Of a stretch of DNA of 64,000 bases, positions 48,501 to 62,682 are shown in pieces. Positions within the stretch are counted from its first letter, which is position 1. Each line of letters begins with the position of its first letter. Both the position numbers and the translations under genes were made by a program. Source of the DNA: Marsupella aquatica (lineage: Eukaryota > Plantae > Marchantiophyta); contig OZ316897.1 in assembly GCA_973895155.1 (NCBI GenBank), positions 13,577,375 to 13,641,374 of the forward strand. The letters are read 5' to 3'. The notes under the pieces were generated by a model. It was given only the letters and a program-made list of their open reading frames with translations, made no database searches and had not been told where the DNA came from.

Positions 48501-51187
48501 CAATGATTTAGATCTTTATTGATTTAGATCTTTGTGCCTCAACCTCCTCCTTAGGCAGCTTGAAGGCACAGGTGGTGATGGATAACAAAGGGCAAGTATT
48601 GGAAACTTTCCAGCCTTTGAGGCTAACCGTCCACTTTTGCCTGATAATTGAGGAGTGTTGAGGGCAGGAAAAGAAAGGGCTCTTGACAAAAGGGGCTGTA
48701 GGAGAGAGTGATGGGCCTAAGGGATTGATCACTCTTCTTCAAGGTTTCTTTTTCATCGTCAATGCAAATCTATGGAATATGCAGCTCTTCTATTGTAACC
48801 TCAGGCGTCCCATAAATGAGGTATAGGATGATGGGGATTGGCACATTCGTCATAAACAGTGACTAATCTTGTTTTGGGAGGACCAAATTTCTTATCTGAG
48901 GGGCAATTTTAATGACTGCTTAATATGGTGACAGTTTTCCCTCTCAAAAGGGATGATTCTAGGTAGATAAGCTGTTCTTTGTAAGGGACAAAAGAAAAAA
49001 ATATGAAGCCCAGATAAACCAGGGTTTGTTTTGCCCATTCCTATGAACTGCATAACAAGCTCACTTTTGAGCAGTTTTCCCAGGCACCCCACTTCAGGGA
49101 AGGACAGGTCACTTTTGCTAAGGACTCGTGAGAATCCTATTAGTTTCTATTTCTATAGAAGGTTGGGGATGAGAAACACGACAGATGGCATAGTATTTAC
49201 GGACTCTACATTGGAGTCTAGCTCTGGGGTGTTCAAGAAAGTAACATTCAATTGAACTTTTTGTAACTTGTCAGAGTTGGAAGCAAGTTGAAAATACTCA
49301 ACTAGTTCGAGCTTTTAGGGGGCCACCTTCTCGATAGAGGCGATCACCGGGTTCCACTAAGGTCACCAGTGTGACACACCTCACGAAAATTTCACTTTGG
49401 TGCAATTCCAACACCCATAAGCCCCCAACCGTTGCACAGAACTCAGACTTGACACATTTCTTTCATCACAGTTGCCAACGGAACTGATTCTTCCCACACT
49501 CTTACTGCTGCAATCTTTGCTCTTGACCTATCTCAATTCTCACTGCCTATAATTCTTGACCAGTTTATCATATCAATTGCATCGACACTCACGAATTCCA
49601 CCACTATCGAACAGAATTTTCACACCAAGTTCTCATTCAATCTCACTTTATTCATGGGAAACGATCACAAAAGATCGAGGGTCTCTTGTAATGCAAAATT
49701 TCTTTCAAACTTTGCATCAAATGGATTTTCCTTTCAAATGTGGAACGTAAGCCACTGTTGCTCGAGTCTGCCTCTCAGCATTTGGAATGTCAACATGGTG
49801 TGGTCCACGGCCATTGCGCCATTCCCACAAGGATCCATTGTCAACATTCTCCCCGTCCGTGCGAGTGTCAATCCCAGCTGCATGAAGAAAGGATCTGTGA
49901 GGTCTGGGTAGAAACGCAAGGTAAAAAGTTGACCCTCAGGAAATGCTGGTTGCTAAAAAGCCTCCCTCCTCAATTTATTTTCTAAGCTCTCTGGGCAGAC
50001 ACACAAGGCAAAACAATGAAGGAAAAAGCTGCGAGATAGCAACAGCCAGACGGAACATTCACTGATCAGAGCTATGGTAGATGTCCAAGTTCTTGCATCG
50101 GTCTCGTTGTTTTCTTTCTGGCCTTTTATCACTCTCCACATGTACTCGTCGACTTTGATGCCTCCACACAACTTGGGCCAAGCCTTCTAACAAGCTCGGT
50201 GCTCGTTATAGGCACTGGCCACACCGCACAAGAACGCCAGGACCCACCAAGAAAGTGTTCGAAGTGTCTGCCCCACCAAGTTGCTTTCTGTTGCATGGAG
50301 ACCCACAAAATAATTTTCTTTGCGAAACTTATATGGGTGGGGTTCCATGGTTCAAAATACAGTTATGATATGTACATGTCACTCAGAGACCGGAAGTGTC
50401 TTCCACCAACCTTTTCCGGTCTTCCACAAACCTTCGGTCATCAGGATAGCCACTTCTCATACAATTGGAGATAGAGACGGCCATTTGTCGAAATGATGTT
50501 TACCTATTCCATAAGAGATTCCTGCTCAGAAGTATACTTTTCTCAGATCATGAAACAACAATCCTCATAACGTTCCGTACATCCTTCAATTCTGCAATGC
50601 TCCCAACCAGAAACCCAATCAGGCACAGAGCCCAGTGAATGACGGTCATTTCCAGGACAAACAGTCCGATTAGCAAAGTTCTCTGTCGTCACCTGAGGAG
50701 AGTTCTTCAGGCAAATAGGTCCGTGTTCACAGAATGCTCGAAGTGTGAATCCTGATACTACCTATGTGCTATGTGTTTACTCACGTTTGCCAGGACGCCA
50801 TGGATCTATCCACCAATACAAAGCTGTATCCAAAGATCTCGCACCAGTCAGAAACTCGTTTCGGTTCTACAGCAGTGCAGGCCTTCCCAATTTAGTGTCC
50901 CAAACTCGTACAATAAGTGCTCAAAGTTCGGGTTATTCAGCAACAGCCCCGGAGAAACAGACGATTACAAATGCTAACAATCTATCAAGGATAATCAAGC
51001 AGACGAATCGGAAAAGCAAACCAAAATCAGTACTAGACTCAATTTTGGGTGGCATTTTTTAGATTTTCTAATGAGGGAACGGTAACTCAGACCCATTGCA
51101 ATAATTCATCAAATTTGAAACGTAGAGATTTTACTGTGGTATACTCGTCCTTGAATTATATACAAATGCATTTGGTAGGCCGTCTAG

Positions 51188-54100
51188 CTAGCTTATGAAG
51201 TACAAATCCCTTTCAATTCGCTTCTTATTTCCAGCTTTCCCCAACATTTCCTCCTCCATCACCCGCCACCACATTGGACGAATACGGTAAAGCCTCCCGA
51301 TGAACCAAACTAGTAGACTCAAGCACATGGTACCCCCCAAGGCTGTTGTGATAGTGATGTTTGTAGTATACTCAGATGCGGGAGGCAATGATGCATAGCC
51401 CGCAGCTGCGAACGCCCCCAGCACAAAAACGATAGCTATCACCAAGAGTATGGAGGTCATCACAAGGGCCTTACGCACCATTCGGACCTGGTGCTTGATA
51501 AAAGCGTCAGGCATGGGTAATACACACCCCGCTCCTGCATATCAGACAACCCTTGCCGTCAGCTACAATTGGCAAGACATGTAACATCCCCAAATCCTAT
51601 GCTCTCATCAGATGAAACTGAAATCCATGAAAGTGATTACCCTACGACATACTGGGAAGGGTCGAATACCAACGCCCAGCTTTCCCAAAAATCGATTTTA
51701 AACTCGAAGTTACGTTTGCCAAACTAAAAGCATTTGTCTAGGTTACGGCAGCATGAATCGGATGTAATAACTCCAATCTCCTTTCTTTCCCCCAAAAAAG
51801 GAGTTCTGGTACGTGCATTATACGGAACTTCACCAAATTCCCCTTGTAATCCTGCCAAAGGGTGCTTTGCTTCAGCCCAATCCTCAAGCTTCCACGAGCT
51901 CCATATTGCATTCTAGGGCTCATCCATGGTCAATCTTGACAGAAACTTCCTTGATGGACAGTCGAGTATCTACTGCAAGTAGAGAGCATTTCATAATTGG
52001 TGAAATATTCAGCGGAATTTTTTAGGATTCCTTTGGGCACAGACAGAGCAAAGGGGGTCCAGGGGATGTCACCCTGTCGAAACAGGTAAGAGTGTCATCA
52101 TGTCGAAAAATTCACCTGCAATGACCGTGGCAACAGCGGAGAAAAATGCCAAGCTGTTGAGGCGCCAAAATGCACTTAAACTTAACGACTGATTGACAGC
52201 TGCAAAGGACTGGTAAGTGTCCGGGGGTGCTGGATACGGTTGTGGGTAGTTGTAGTACGGTGTGAACCCGAGCGGTGGTTGAAGCCATCCCTGGAATGTG
52301 ATGCTTGCAATGAGCGCCGCACCAACAAGAATGGCATTTGCAGCATCCACAAAGACCTGATTGAGCCAAAAGCGTCAGTCTAAGCTTGATTGATCGATCG
52401 AATTAGCTCCACATAATATTTGGTTGATAGACCGCAGCTTTCCAGCAAGAAATGTGCTTCCTTCGTTCGAATCTCAAACCACTAATTGATTACCTGGCGA
52501 TCTGAAGCCAACCTGTCTACATATTGTTGCACATCAGGACGCTCCAGCAGAATCTTCTCAATGTCTTTCCTCTTCGTTTCAACCGCAATTTGTAGGGCCG
52601 TTCTGTCGTCGGAGTCTTCCTCATTAGCACGAAGCTTCGGCTGGCTCAGCAGCAGTCTTGCTGCTTCCGTTTGTCCTGCAGTTCAGTTTCCAGCATACTA
52701 CACACATCACTCTTCCATGTATGGCAGAGGACTAACACCACCACATAAACGGGTTTGATACGTACAGTGCACTAATCCTCGGAAGCAACCCAATGATAAT
52801 TTGCTTCCATGTTATAAATGCACTGTGAAGATACCAGCTAGTCAATCCTAGACTGGCGCCTCTCCTTAAGTAACCCCTCGTAGCATACAGACTCTGATTT
52901 CGACAGAAATAAATTCTCTCAATTAAATTTGGTTCCAGCCTGTCAAACACTACCCGCACTGCACATGAAAGTTAGGAAAACCCGTGAGAAATGCTATGTT
53001 TACAGCACGGACTCAGTATCTCCAGATGAATCGTGAGTATTCACTATCTTGTACAGTGTATAATTAAGTTTTGCAACTGTTGACATAGTGGTGTTCACAA
53101 ACTAGGTGCAATCACCAAGTCTTTAGTAATGCACTTCACGATAGAATGTTCATCGACTGGATACCACCGCCGAGTGTTCCTTGATGCAGTTCCCTTGATA
53201 GTAATCCTACAATGGCTGACACTTCTTCTCTTCGATTCACAACGAAACATGCATCAACTGGACACCAGCCGTGGCTCTTCACAGATTCACAGGTGGCGGT
53301 CAACAATTGGGTGCGGTCGCCGGATTTTCATCAATGGAGCGTACATCAATTGGCAGCTATCCCCGAGTCTTCATGAATATACTGTAGTTTCCAATAGAAG
53401 GTGCATCTATTTAATTACGATATATCGATAAAAAGTGGATGGCGTCACCAAATCTTCGTCAATTCATTTCACAACAAAAACTTCCTCAATTCAGCTCAAA
53501 GGAGATGTTTGTCAGAGCATTTCAAATAAGAAAGCTCATCGATTCAATTCCAAGAACAGGATCTGCTTATCCAGTTAACAAAGGAGAAAATTCATCAGTT
53601 TCGCGGATGACAGAGATTGTTTTTCTATTGTACTGTACTGTACTCCACTGCATTGCATTGCATTGCACGACCAAACAGAACCGAACAGACGATTCACTGG
53701 AGAATGGGAAGACCAACCAGCAATTGTGGCATAATGCAAAGGTGTCTGCCCATCGGAGTCGACCCCATTGATGTTTGAAACTCTGCCTGTCATTCGCAAG
53801 AGAGCGAGCAACAGGCTTTCCATTCCCGCATACGCTGCTCTGTGCATGAGAGAAATCCCCTTCTTCCCACCCGAGCCAATTTGCTGGCGCTCCGCCAGCT
53901 CCGCTGCTAGCTCTTTTAACAACTGGTCCAACACTGCTGGATCATCCCCGGGAGACTTCAAATGCTTGTGCACCGCGTTCACAAGCTCCTCGATCCTCTT
54001 ATGCGGCTCAAAGGTATGGACAACCTGCAGTACATAACATACTGCAGTTTAGCACCTTGCGACATACGGGTTGGCCACAAATGAACCCCTTACAAAAAGC

Positions 54101-54753
54101 ATCTGTTGTTCACTAACGAGCCCATTTTTGCAACATCTCATACTGGTGGGTTCAGAGAGAATGCACGTTGCGTCCCCCAACAATTTGTGATGAGTAACAT
54201 ATTGAACTCCTCAAATTGAAGCTAGGGAACGAGAAAGAAAACAACCCATATAGGTTGCCGCTACAAGACACTTGACCCTAACATACCACTCATTCATTCC
54301 CTGCCATGCCATATTTGAACTTTGCCAATGGAAACGGGCAAAGGGAGCTCCGAAACTCACCTCTTGGAAGCTGTCCGTCAAATCTTCTGGGAAGTGGACG
54401 CGATGGACGCACTTAGTGTAACAACAGTTGCACATCAACGACCTGATCCCAGCAGACAGCTTCAGCTTGCTAAGGCGAGCGACCTCCTCTTCCGCCTTTC
54501 CCGTGGCTTCTTCCACAGACTGCCAAGTGCGCGAGTCGCCACCAGCTGGCATGCTGTTGCTACCAATGTCACCCTCTGCCGCTAAGCTCTGCGCTTTGAC
54601 CAACCAGTTCTCGTGCTTCAGCTTGATGTCCCCTACCAGATCCTTGAAGCTGTTCAATTCCTTCGATTCCTCGTATATGGTGCTGTTCCGAAGAATTGAA
54701 TCCGCTTTCCTTATAAGGCTGTGCACATCAGAGACGGCTATACTGTTTGCCAT
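51188..54753 (-). CDS. Ankyrin-repeat + PGG transmembrane protein (ACD6/ITN1-like) with extra N-terminal helical domain; exons 54753-54361, 54024-53718, 52675-52494, 52356-52116, 51534-51188; 489 aa
   Basis: ANK motifs SLMHRAAYAG, DSDGQTPLHYATIAGQTEAARLLL and DDRTALQIAV. PGG domain NAILVGAALIASITFQGWLQPPLG...FWRLNSLAFFSAVA, followed by further TM helices. Junctions sum to 1470 nt in frame. Confidence 0.88.
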
Positions 54754-55310
54754 GGCTGTATGCCTTTGGGCTCACTCAATGGATTGCATGCAGCAGAGCT
54801 TGTAGGTCGAGTTTGCCTGCTTGCATGCAGAGTTGGTGGAGCACGTTAATCATCGATCTCTACGTACTTTCACAAATCTAGAGCGAGACCCCCATCCATC
54901 ATTCTCAATGACGTGATCTGTCAAGCCGAAGCTTAGATAAAAACGATGTCAAAATCTGGGTGAGACGCAGCAGACACACTGCCCTAAACTCCGAACCCAT
55001 TAATCTAGGACAATCGTTATCAGGTTGATAGCGACTTCCGTGATCTTTCTCTTCTATTCTTGTCAATTCAATTACCCTCCATCAGAGCCAGCTACGGCTA
55101 ACAGTTAAATACTGCTCGCTGGACACCCGATGAATGCAGATGCTGCCATTTCAAAACACCCCTAAATGACCAAGCATACACAAATCAATGTCCTGATAGG
55201 CAGACAGGCACAATTCGTACCTTCGACTGTAATATTGTCGACTGTTTTGGGTCTCAGCCAGTGGCACCCTCAACGACAGCAGCAACCTATTTATTACTCC
55301 GCCTCTATCT

Positions 55311-55448
55311 CTCGGTCGAAATTTCAGCAATTCGGCATCCTCGACCTCTAATCCCTCCCAAATCCAAACTAAACTGAACCGGTCTAAATTTCAGCAATTC
55401 GGCATCCTCGTCCTGTAATCCTTCCCAATCCAAACCAAACTTGAACCG
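55311..55448. repeat. ~68-bp tandem duplication
   Basis: ggtc.aaatttcagcaattcggcatcctcg.cct.taatcc.tcccaa.tccaaac occurs twice. Confidence 0.9.
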
Positions 55449-55854
55449 GAAGAGAAGCGAACGTTTAGGGCTGGAAAGGGAGAGCTTCGAACTCCTTGTT
55501 ACATGTTTTAGAGAACTACAGTAACTCACCAGCGAGAAAAAGTGTTCCACAGTGACTCCGTCGAGAATAAAGCCATTGCATAAAGAAGGGGACCCAATAT
55601 TGAATATGTGTTTTGCATGTTCCAAACGGAGGGATACCGACACTTGGCTGAGAGAGAGTCTCACTCAGCTGTCATCATTACTACGCAGTCCGGTCCCTCC
55701 TCTTTCGCGCTCAATGATGGCGGGGCGAACGGGGAATTTAAAGTGAAATTTGTTCTGGACCCACCTTATAAATTGGCCGGGCAGAAACAAATAATTGGGG
55801 CTCCAAGTCTCTCTAGAGCTCTAGGCCCCCCCTTCCCTTTCCATGGGACGAAAA

Positions 55855-56820
55855 CTAAAATTAAAATAAATTAAAAATATAAGAATAAATTTTTATTATA
55901 TAATTTTAAATATATTTTAAAAATTAAAAAATATTTATTAAATTAAAAAATATTTAAATATTTATTTTCTATTTTTAATATTTATTTTATGAAATAAAAA
56001 TTATTATTATTATGAAATTAATTAATATTATTTTAAATATTTAATAAATTTTATATTTAATAAATAAGTTTTATATATAATTTAAATGTATATATTTATG
56101 ATTAAATATTACTTAAATTATTATATTATTTATTAAAATTAAATTAATATTTATACATCATTTATCATTTATAATATATTAATTTAATATAACAAAATTT
56201 ATATGTTACATAAAAATATAAGAAAATTTAATTTATTTTGATAATTAAATTTAAATATTATATTTATTTTTTGATTTTAATTAAAATATATTCTTTATAT
56301 TTATTTGAAATAAATATTAATTAAATATAAGATTTTTTAATTTTTTAATTTTTTTATAATTTTTTATAAATTATTAATATTTATTATTTTATATAAAGAT
56401 GTTATAACAAATAATATTCAAAAAAAAATTAGATATTAAAATTCATATATAATTTGAAAAATAAAATATTTAAATAAATAAAAACAAAAAAATTTAGTTT
56501 TATTTTTCAAAAAATAAGAATTTAAAATACTTTGTTTAATAAATATATGTTCAATAATATTTTTTTCATTAATTTTTGATGTAAATAATTTTTAAAATAT
56601 ATCTTTACATAATTAAATATTATATCATTTTTTATAAATAAAATATATATAATATTTATTATTAATTTTATAAAATGAAAGATAATTATATTATGATATA
56701 TAATTTTATTAATAGATCATGATATATATAAATTATTTTAAAAATTTATCAATTTATAAAATAAATTTTTAAATATAATAAATTTTATTAATATTTTTTA
56801 TCTGAATTTAATATTAATTT
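55855..56820. other. Extremely A/T-rich low-complexity tract
   Basis: About 1 kb with very few G or C bases, sharply bounded on the left by a GC-rich segment. Confidence 0.95.
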
Positions 56821-57239
56821 TGAAAGTATTTGACAAAATTAACTTTGACATTTTTATGAATCATTAATTTGACTACAAGATTAATGATCCAAAAAGTGCT
56901 TTCGGTTTTTTTATTCAAACTCTGAATGAGAAATTAAAATTATTTTAATATTTGATGATTATTTTCTGATGGAATTTTAATTTTGACAGAATTTTAATTT
57001 CAACGGGATATCACTTTTGATGACATTTTGGGTGCAATTTGTTTGTACAATCATACCACGACTAAACGATCATACTGGCATATCTGCGTACCACGATGTT
57101 GTAAAGATTCTCTTTAAAAGATTAAAATTCATATTGTATTATTAGAGTTTATTTAGAAAAAAAATTATTTAAGAGTTTCATAATAGTACTATTAAAACAT
57201 ATAAGTTATATTATGTATGCACAGTGTACAATCTATAGG

Positions 57240-57345
57240 GGTACACAGTAGTTCCACCAACTACAATGTATAGTCTACAAGAACGCACAGTAGTTCCACT
57301 AACTACAATATACATTTTACAGGGATACACAGTAGTTCCACTACT
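57240..57345. repeat. ~42-bp tandem repeat x3
   Basis: cacagtagttccac(c/t)aactacaat repeated; the third copy is truncated. Confidence 0.8.
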
Positions 57346-60300
57346 AGTAGAAACCGGGGCAATTTAGACTGAACCTTTTAGGACTAAACTCACTAAGTCC
57401 TTTTGATATACTTTAAATGATTGGGAACCATTGCTTCGGTTCACACAACTACTAGGATAGACTGTTAATGTTTAATGGTTTATAAAAAGACTAATTAATG
57501 AAACTTTGTTACTTTGTGAACTCTAGAATATTCATAATGGTTGATTTGTTGACTTTTGATAATGGTCATGGGGTTGCACGTAGTTGTCCTACACCCTAAA
57601 AGGGCATGGGTCAGATTGTCAAATAATAAGTCCTATTATGCTCAATTCAGTTATCTTCCTTGCTATGTGAGAACAATAGTTATACAATTTATATTTATGG
57701 TGCTTGACTTTACCAATATCTTGTTCTGTCAATATAAGTTTGCCTAGCCAAGAAAAATGTGTACGTATATCAGGTTGGCATAATTTTCAATTCCTAGCCC
57801 GCTCTACTTCACCAACATTCCACTTTATTGAAGTTTGTCAAGCCAAGATGAATGTGTAACATACCCAAGATGGTCAGTCAGTAACCATACTAACTTAAAG
57901 GGTTTCTTTTAAAGTTGTTTCTAACCATGAACCCAAATTTAATCTGACTTGTTTAGAGCCTAATGTAGTATTTTGGTATTTTGGCAATCCTACAAACCCC
58001 TTACATGTGCTGGATGGTGCAGACTCAACAGCTCATCTCAACGGATCATGGCAGGGTGAAGAGTAAACGTGACTAAATCTTCCACTAAATATTGGTTTAG
58101 TGAGTTTGTGAGTGAAGAGCATCCAATGCATACAGTCGAATGTTAAGGTTTTGCAGGGCTTTGTAATGTTCCAAGGGTTTTACAGTTGTGATGGCTCTTT
58201 TCTTCCAGTCTGAGCCGCTCCATTGTGTTTTGCCAAAAAATGGGGTGCTGCAAGCTACGATCAAGGTTGCAATGAAAGATTATTTCTAAGGACATTTAAC
58301 TCAGAGCTAGGGCGAAGAAGGTTGCAACCTTAGGTGGGGAGGACCTGCAATTGTGGTCTGCGACTGACATTGCCATTTGTTGCGTATCGAGCATCGCCAT
58401 CATCATTTTGCTCATTTGAATAGGATTAAGTGCGGCGAAGCAAGACGGGGAGCTGGAGAGTTGCAGAGAAGCCAAGTGCTGAACACTCTACTCAGGAGAA
58501 TACACTTGTTCTGGCTCACTTGTTGTCAACTCTCGCACTTGGGTTTAGGGATTTGACGCTTTTGGAGGTGGGCTTTGACGCTTCTCGGAGGAACCTTGCA
58601 CCTTTTTTGTAATAAAGCGGACGATAGTTGTTATTTAGGGTCATCAGGTCGGGGCGGAGATGTGGAGGATTGAGGTTGTTGTACGCAAACATCTTTTTCT
58701 TTCAAGTGGTGCTACGATTGCTTAGTGATGGAACCTTGGCTGTGGGATGTGTGTTGTAGCTGTTGTGATCAGTGACCTCTAGTTGGGAAGGACTTGCAAG
58801 AGTTGTGGTTTAGGGTCAAACATTCATGAGTGAGTGGAGAGCTGCAGATTACATGCGACTGCAAAGGAGGCATTGGGAAGGACGCGATGAAGCAACAAGG
58901 AGCGACGCGGACTAAACTAAAATTTGGAAGCTTAGAGTGGGCCAACCCCAGCTAAATATAGTGCAGGAGTTGTTGCACAAAGGTGAGACTGTACTTCCAA
59001 CTCGGGCAGGGACTGACTACATCCCCTTAACATTGAGACAGATATATGAACCTAGGAAGATGGAATATGATGAGGTTGATGATGTGCAATAGGCAACAGT
59101 TGGTGATTCACTTTGATGAAGTTGATAATGACTACCTACACAGAGTCATAGAACGGGAATTGCTTCCTAGAATGATATTTTAGGGGGTAATTGTAACGTG
59201 CAAGTAAACAATAGAATTTTTGCTCGCACAGATAAGTTTTTCCCTTTTATTGGGGCCCAAAATGAGATCCGAAATCTTCCTCGCTAGCATGAAGGCACCG
59301 TTTGATCATCAAAAAAGGAGAAGGAAATGACATAGGAAATGAGTAAATATGAGCATGTTCTAGTCCCCGAAATGTACTGGAATCAAAAATTAGGACCAAT
59401 TTTTACGTGGCAACTCTTGCAATCTGTTTTAACCTCCATGTCCGATCATTCTAAATGACATTTGCTTCAGGCCAGCAAAATTGCTAGTCCAATCACGCTC
59501 ATACTTTGGATCACTCACACGAGGTATGGGCTCCAGGTACGGGCTCCCACATGGGAAATATCCCACCCAAGGCAAAGCAAAAATAGAAAATCCAACGCAA
59601 TTCTCGCGTGAAAAGAATCCGCATTTCATTAGTGACGAGTCAAGGATGATTAAGGCCGTCTGGAACCTAATCATGTCACATGCGAGTGAATGAGAGAATC
59701 ACCATTCCAAACCCCAGGCAAACCCAAGGCGAACCCTCCACTTGAGCAAAGCTTGTCACCCCAAAATCTCCAGTCTTTGGAAGCATTCTTCCTATTATTT
59801 CCTCGGCCTCTGTCTCGAGCTCGCGGATTTGGAACTACTCTCAATGTTACAAGTCCTCAATGCTCACTCAAATCAAGTTTGGGTACGCGCCTCGCTGTCT
59901 CTGAGTTTTATTTTAGTCAAGAACTCTTCGTGAAGACATTCTATGTTTTTCAGCGTGGAAACGCTTTTCATTTCATTGCTAGAGTTTATTTTTTATTATT
60001 TTTCGGTTATTGTAAGTGCAAAGACATGTCAGGAGTTCCAACAAATCCTCCTAACAGGAAATGGCGACTCAAGGTCCGTTGTTACAACCCGATGACGAAT
60101 GGCCCTCTAGAAGATGACTCTCGGTTGAAGTGTCAAACCAATGTCGACACTCTCAAGGTCTAGGATTGACATAAAATTATGATAAAGACATGGCCGTCAT
60201 CATTCCCCTTCTAGTCCTCTTAAAACTGCGGAAGTCCCAATATATGAATACTGTACGCCGCTAGATAAGAACAACTTTCGTAGAGTCGCGCTTCATGCGG

Positions 60301-62373
60301 GACCCAACTCTGAGGTCAACACTCATCGGAGTAATTCTCAAGCATGACACCTAGACTGGGAAAAAGAGCATCGGGGGATTCGGGAGTACTAGAAACGACA
60401 TGCCACAAAAGGCCTACCTGTCCTCAGCAATCTCGCGCAAAACTACTCGTTGCTCCAGGATCCAATGGGACAATGAGTACAAGAAACGATGTGCCACAAA
60501 TGGTCGACCTGCAATCAGCAAATTGCTCGTTGCTCCATGATCGAATGCCATGCGTCCGCCCACCCACTCGCATTATTTGGAACGCCTGCACCATCCGTCC
60601 GTTTCAATGTTTTCTAAAATTGTCAGGGAACCAGCTATATTTTCCAATTGATAGGAACGCTACCAGAGTCGGTAAGAGACCCCAAAAAGCTTGGATCTCT
60701 TTAACACTCGTCAAATCTATTTGGAGGCAAGCAATATCCACTTTCATTTCTGTCTGCATGCCTTTCATCTCACCAATGTCCACTTTCATAGTGGCTATGT
60801 CCACTTGAATGTCTTGAAGAACACAAAGAACTATTTCAAGTTCTTTATCTTCCTCATGGTCTCCTACTCCTCATCCTTGAGTAGAATAAGTGATATTCCT
60901 GTATCTTCTTTCTCGTTTCCCTCCTCGCATCCCCTGGCAAATGGAAAATTTGTTTTTCTCAATTCTGACATTCTCTACATTTGGTGGTAGAATGTTGAAC
61001 AAGCTTCTCAAAAGAGAGAGTCGAGCAAAATTTGTTAACATGATGAGAATGAGAGCGGTCAGCTGCAGCAACAACCAGATAGAAAGCTACGGCAATGACT
61101 AGATGGAGATTCCAGTATAAGCTCCCAAACTTTGATTTCTATGCAACGAAACTGCCGAAAGTGCTCGCGGTGTTTTATATACAAAGAAAGCCGAAAGTGG
61201 TCGCGGGCAACAGAATGAGTGGCTATATTTGGGCTTCTAGTATTAAAGCATAATTGGCAGCCGTCTACTTGGTCTTTGTCGCGCTTGTCCTATTTTTTGC
61301 TTTTCACGCTTGCCCTTTCTGCCCCGGTGTCATTGCGGGAGTGGGCTCAAAGAAAATATTTGGCCGTATGCGTCCCGCCTCCCAATGGTCACTTTGAAAG
61401 TGGTGAATGATGGTTTTCTTTCGTGAATCTTATGCGTAGTAGAATTTTGCACAATGACACCGTCTGCCCTGCCTCGTCCCTACCCCGGACCGACTGCAAA
61501 CATCGGTTTCCCTGCTGCAGGGACGATGAGAAGATTGCTTCGTCTTGAATGTCTTCCTCGGAAGGTGACGATGAGAAGGTGGTCGTTTTGAGTCTAAGAT
61601 TGGCACTTGACGCGAAGCGCGATAGACATAGTAGAAATGTTTTTGCGCCACAGGACCTGCTGACGGCAAGGAGGCAAAATTCGGAAACTTTTTTTTGTCG
61701 GCGACATTTTTCTTGACCAAGCGACAAGGTGTGTAAAATGAGAAATCTTTATTTTTGGGGTGACAATTTTGGTTTTAAAGGGGTTTTTAAACCCCTTGGG
61801 TGTGTATACACATAGGGCCATCGATCGAAACTCTCTCTCCATACGCAGCCGAACCCGCCTCCCGAATACTATCACCGCAGTCACGACCAAACCCCTCACG
61901 AAGCATCGACTGGCGCATACTCGGCCGCCCCATGATCAACCACGTCCTCGTAATTTTGCCCTCCATTTTGGTCGCCCCTTAGTCACAATCGTGACTTTTT
62001 GACCCCGACCGACCCAACCCTGCGCCTGCCCTTTACGCCCTGCTGCAGCCCACAGTTGCGAAGCGGCTGCACTCTTCAAGCGATGGCTGCCTCGACACCC
62101 CGACTCGACCATACGTTTGGTCCGTCACGCGGATGCGCCTTTTTAAGATTATATTTTTCTGTTAAGGGGCTTAAACCCCCGTTTAGGCCTATTTTTTAAT
62201 TTCTTTCCCGACTCTTCATTGGTTGTGCTTTCTCTCTAGCCCGGTGACCCACCAACTTAATCGTTTGGACAGGGGGAACAGCCCCATGTAAGACCTGCTG
62301 CACAGTCAAAGAATATTCCAAAAATACAGAGAGAATGTTTTTGGTCGTTCGTAATGTTTTCGGCCATTCGTAA

Positions 62374-62682
62374 AAATGGTATGACAGATTTCCAGATAAA
62401 ATTGACTGGGGTAAGACTAAAACAACCTTTCTAGATAAATATAAAGAGGATGGAGTTCAAGCAAGAGCCTTTGCAAGGATTTCTCAACTAACTATAAAGA
62501 AATATGGTTTAGTGAGAAAATATGCAGACAAGTTACTTGACCGGGTGGATAAGCATAATCCTAACACGGCAAAATCTACCACACGAGATTTGTTTATCAA
62601 TGGATTACCATCCTGTATTGCAAGGTATGTAAGAAGGGAAGGTGGTACTACTTTCAAGGAGGCACAAGAAGCCGCTGTCTAG
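62374..62682 (+). mobile_element. Degenerate Ty3/gypsy gag fragment
   Basis: A frame not listed in the ORF track reads KWYDRFPDKIDWGKTKTTFLDKY...ARISQLTIKKYGLVRKYADKLL...DLFINGLPSCIARYVRREGGTTFKEAQEAA*. It is preceded by an in-frame TAA. Confidence 0.75.

Noticed and set aside
49300-50700. Possible decayed gene between SPP and the ANK-PGG gene
   Set aside because: Only short ORFs with no recognisable motif.
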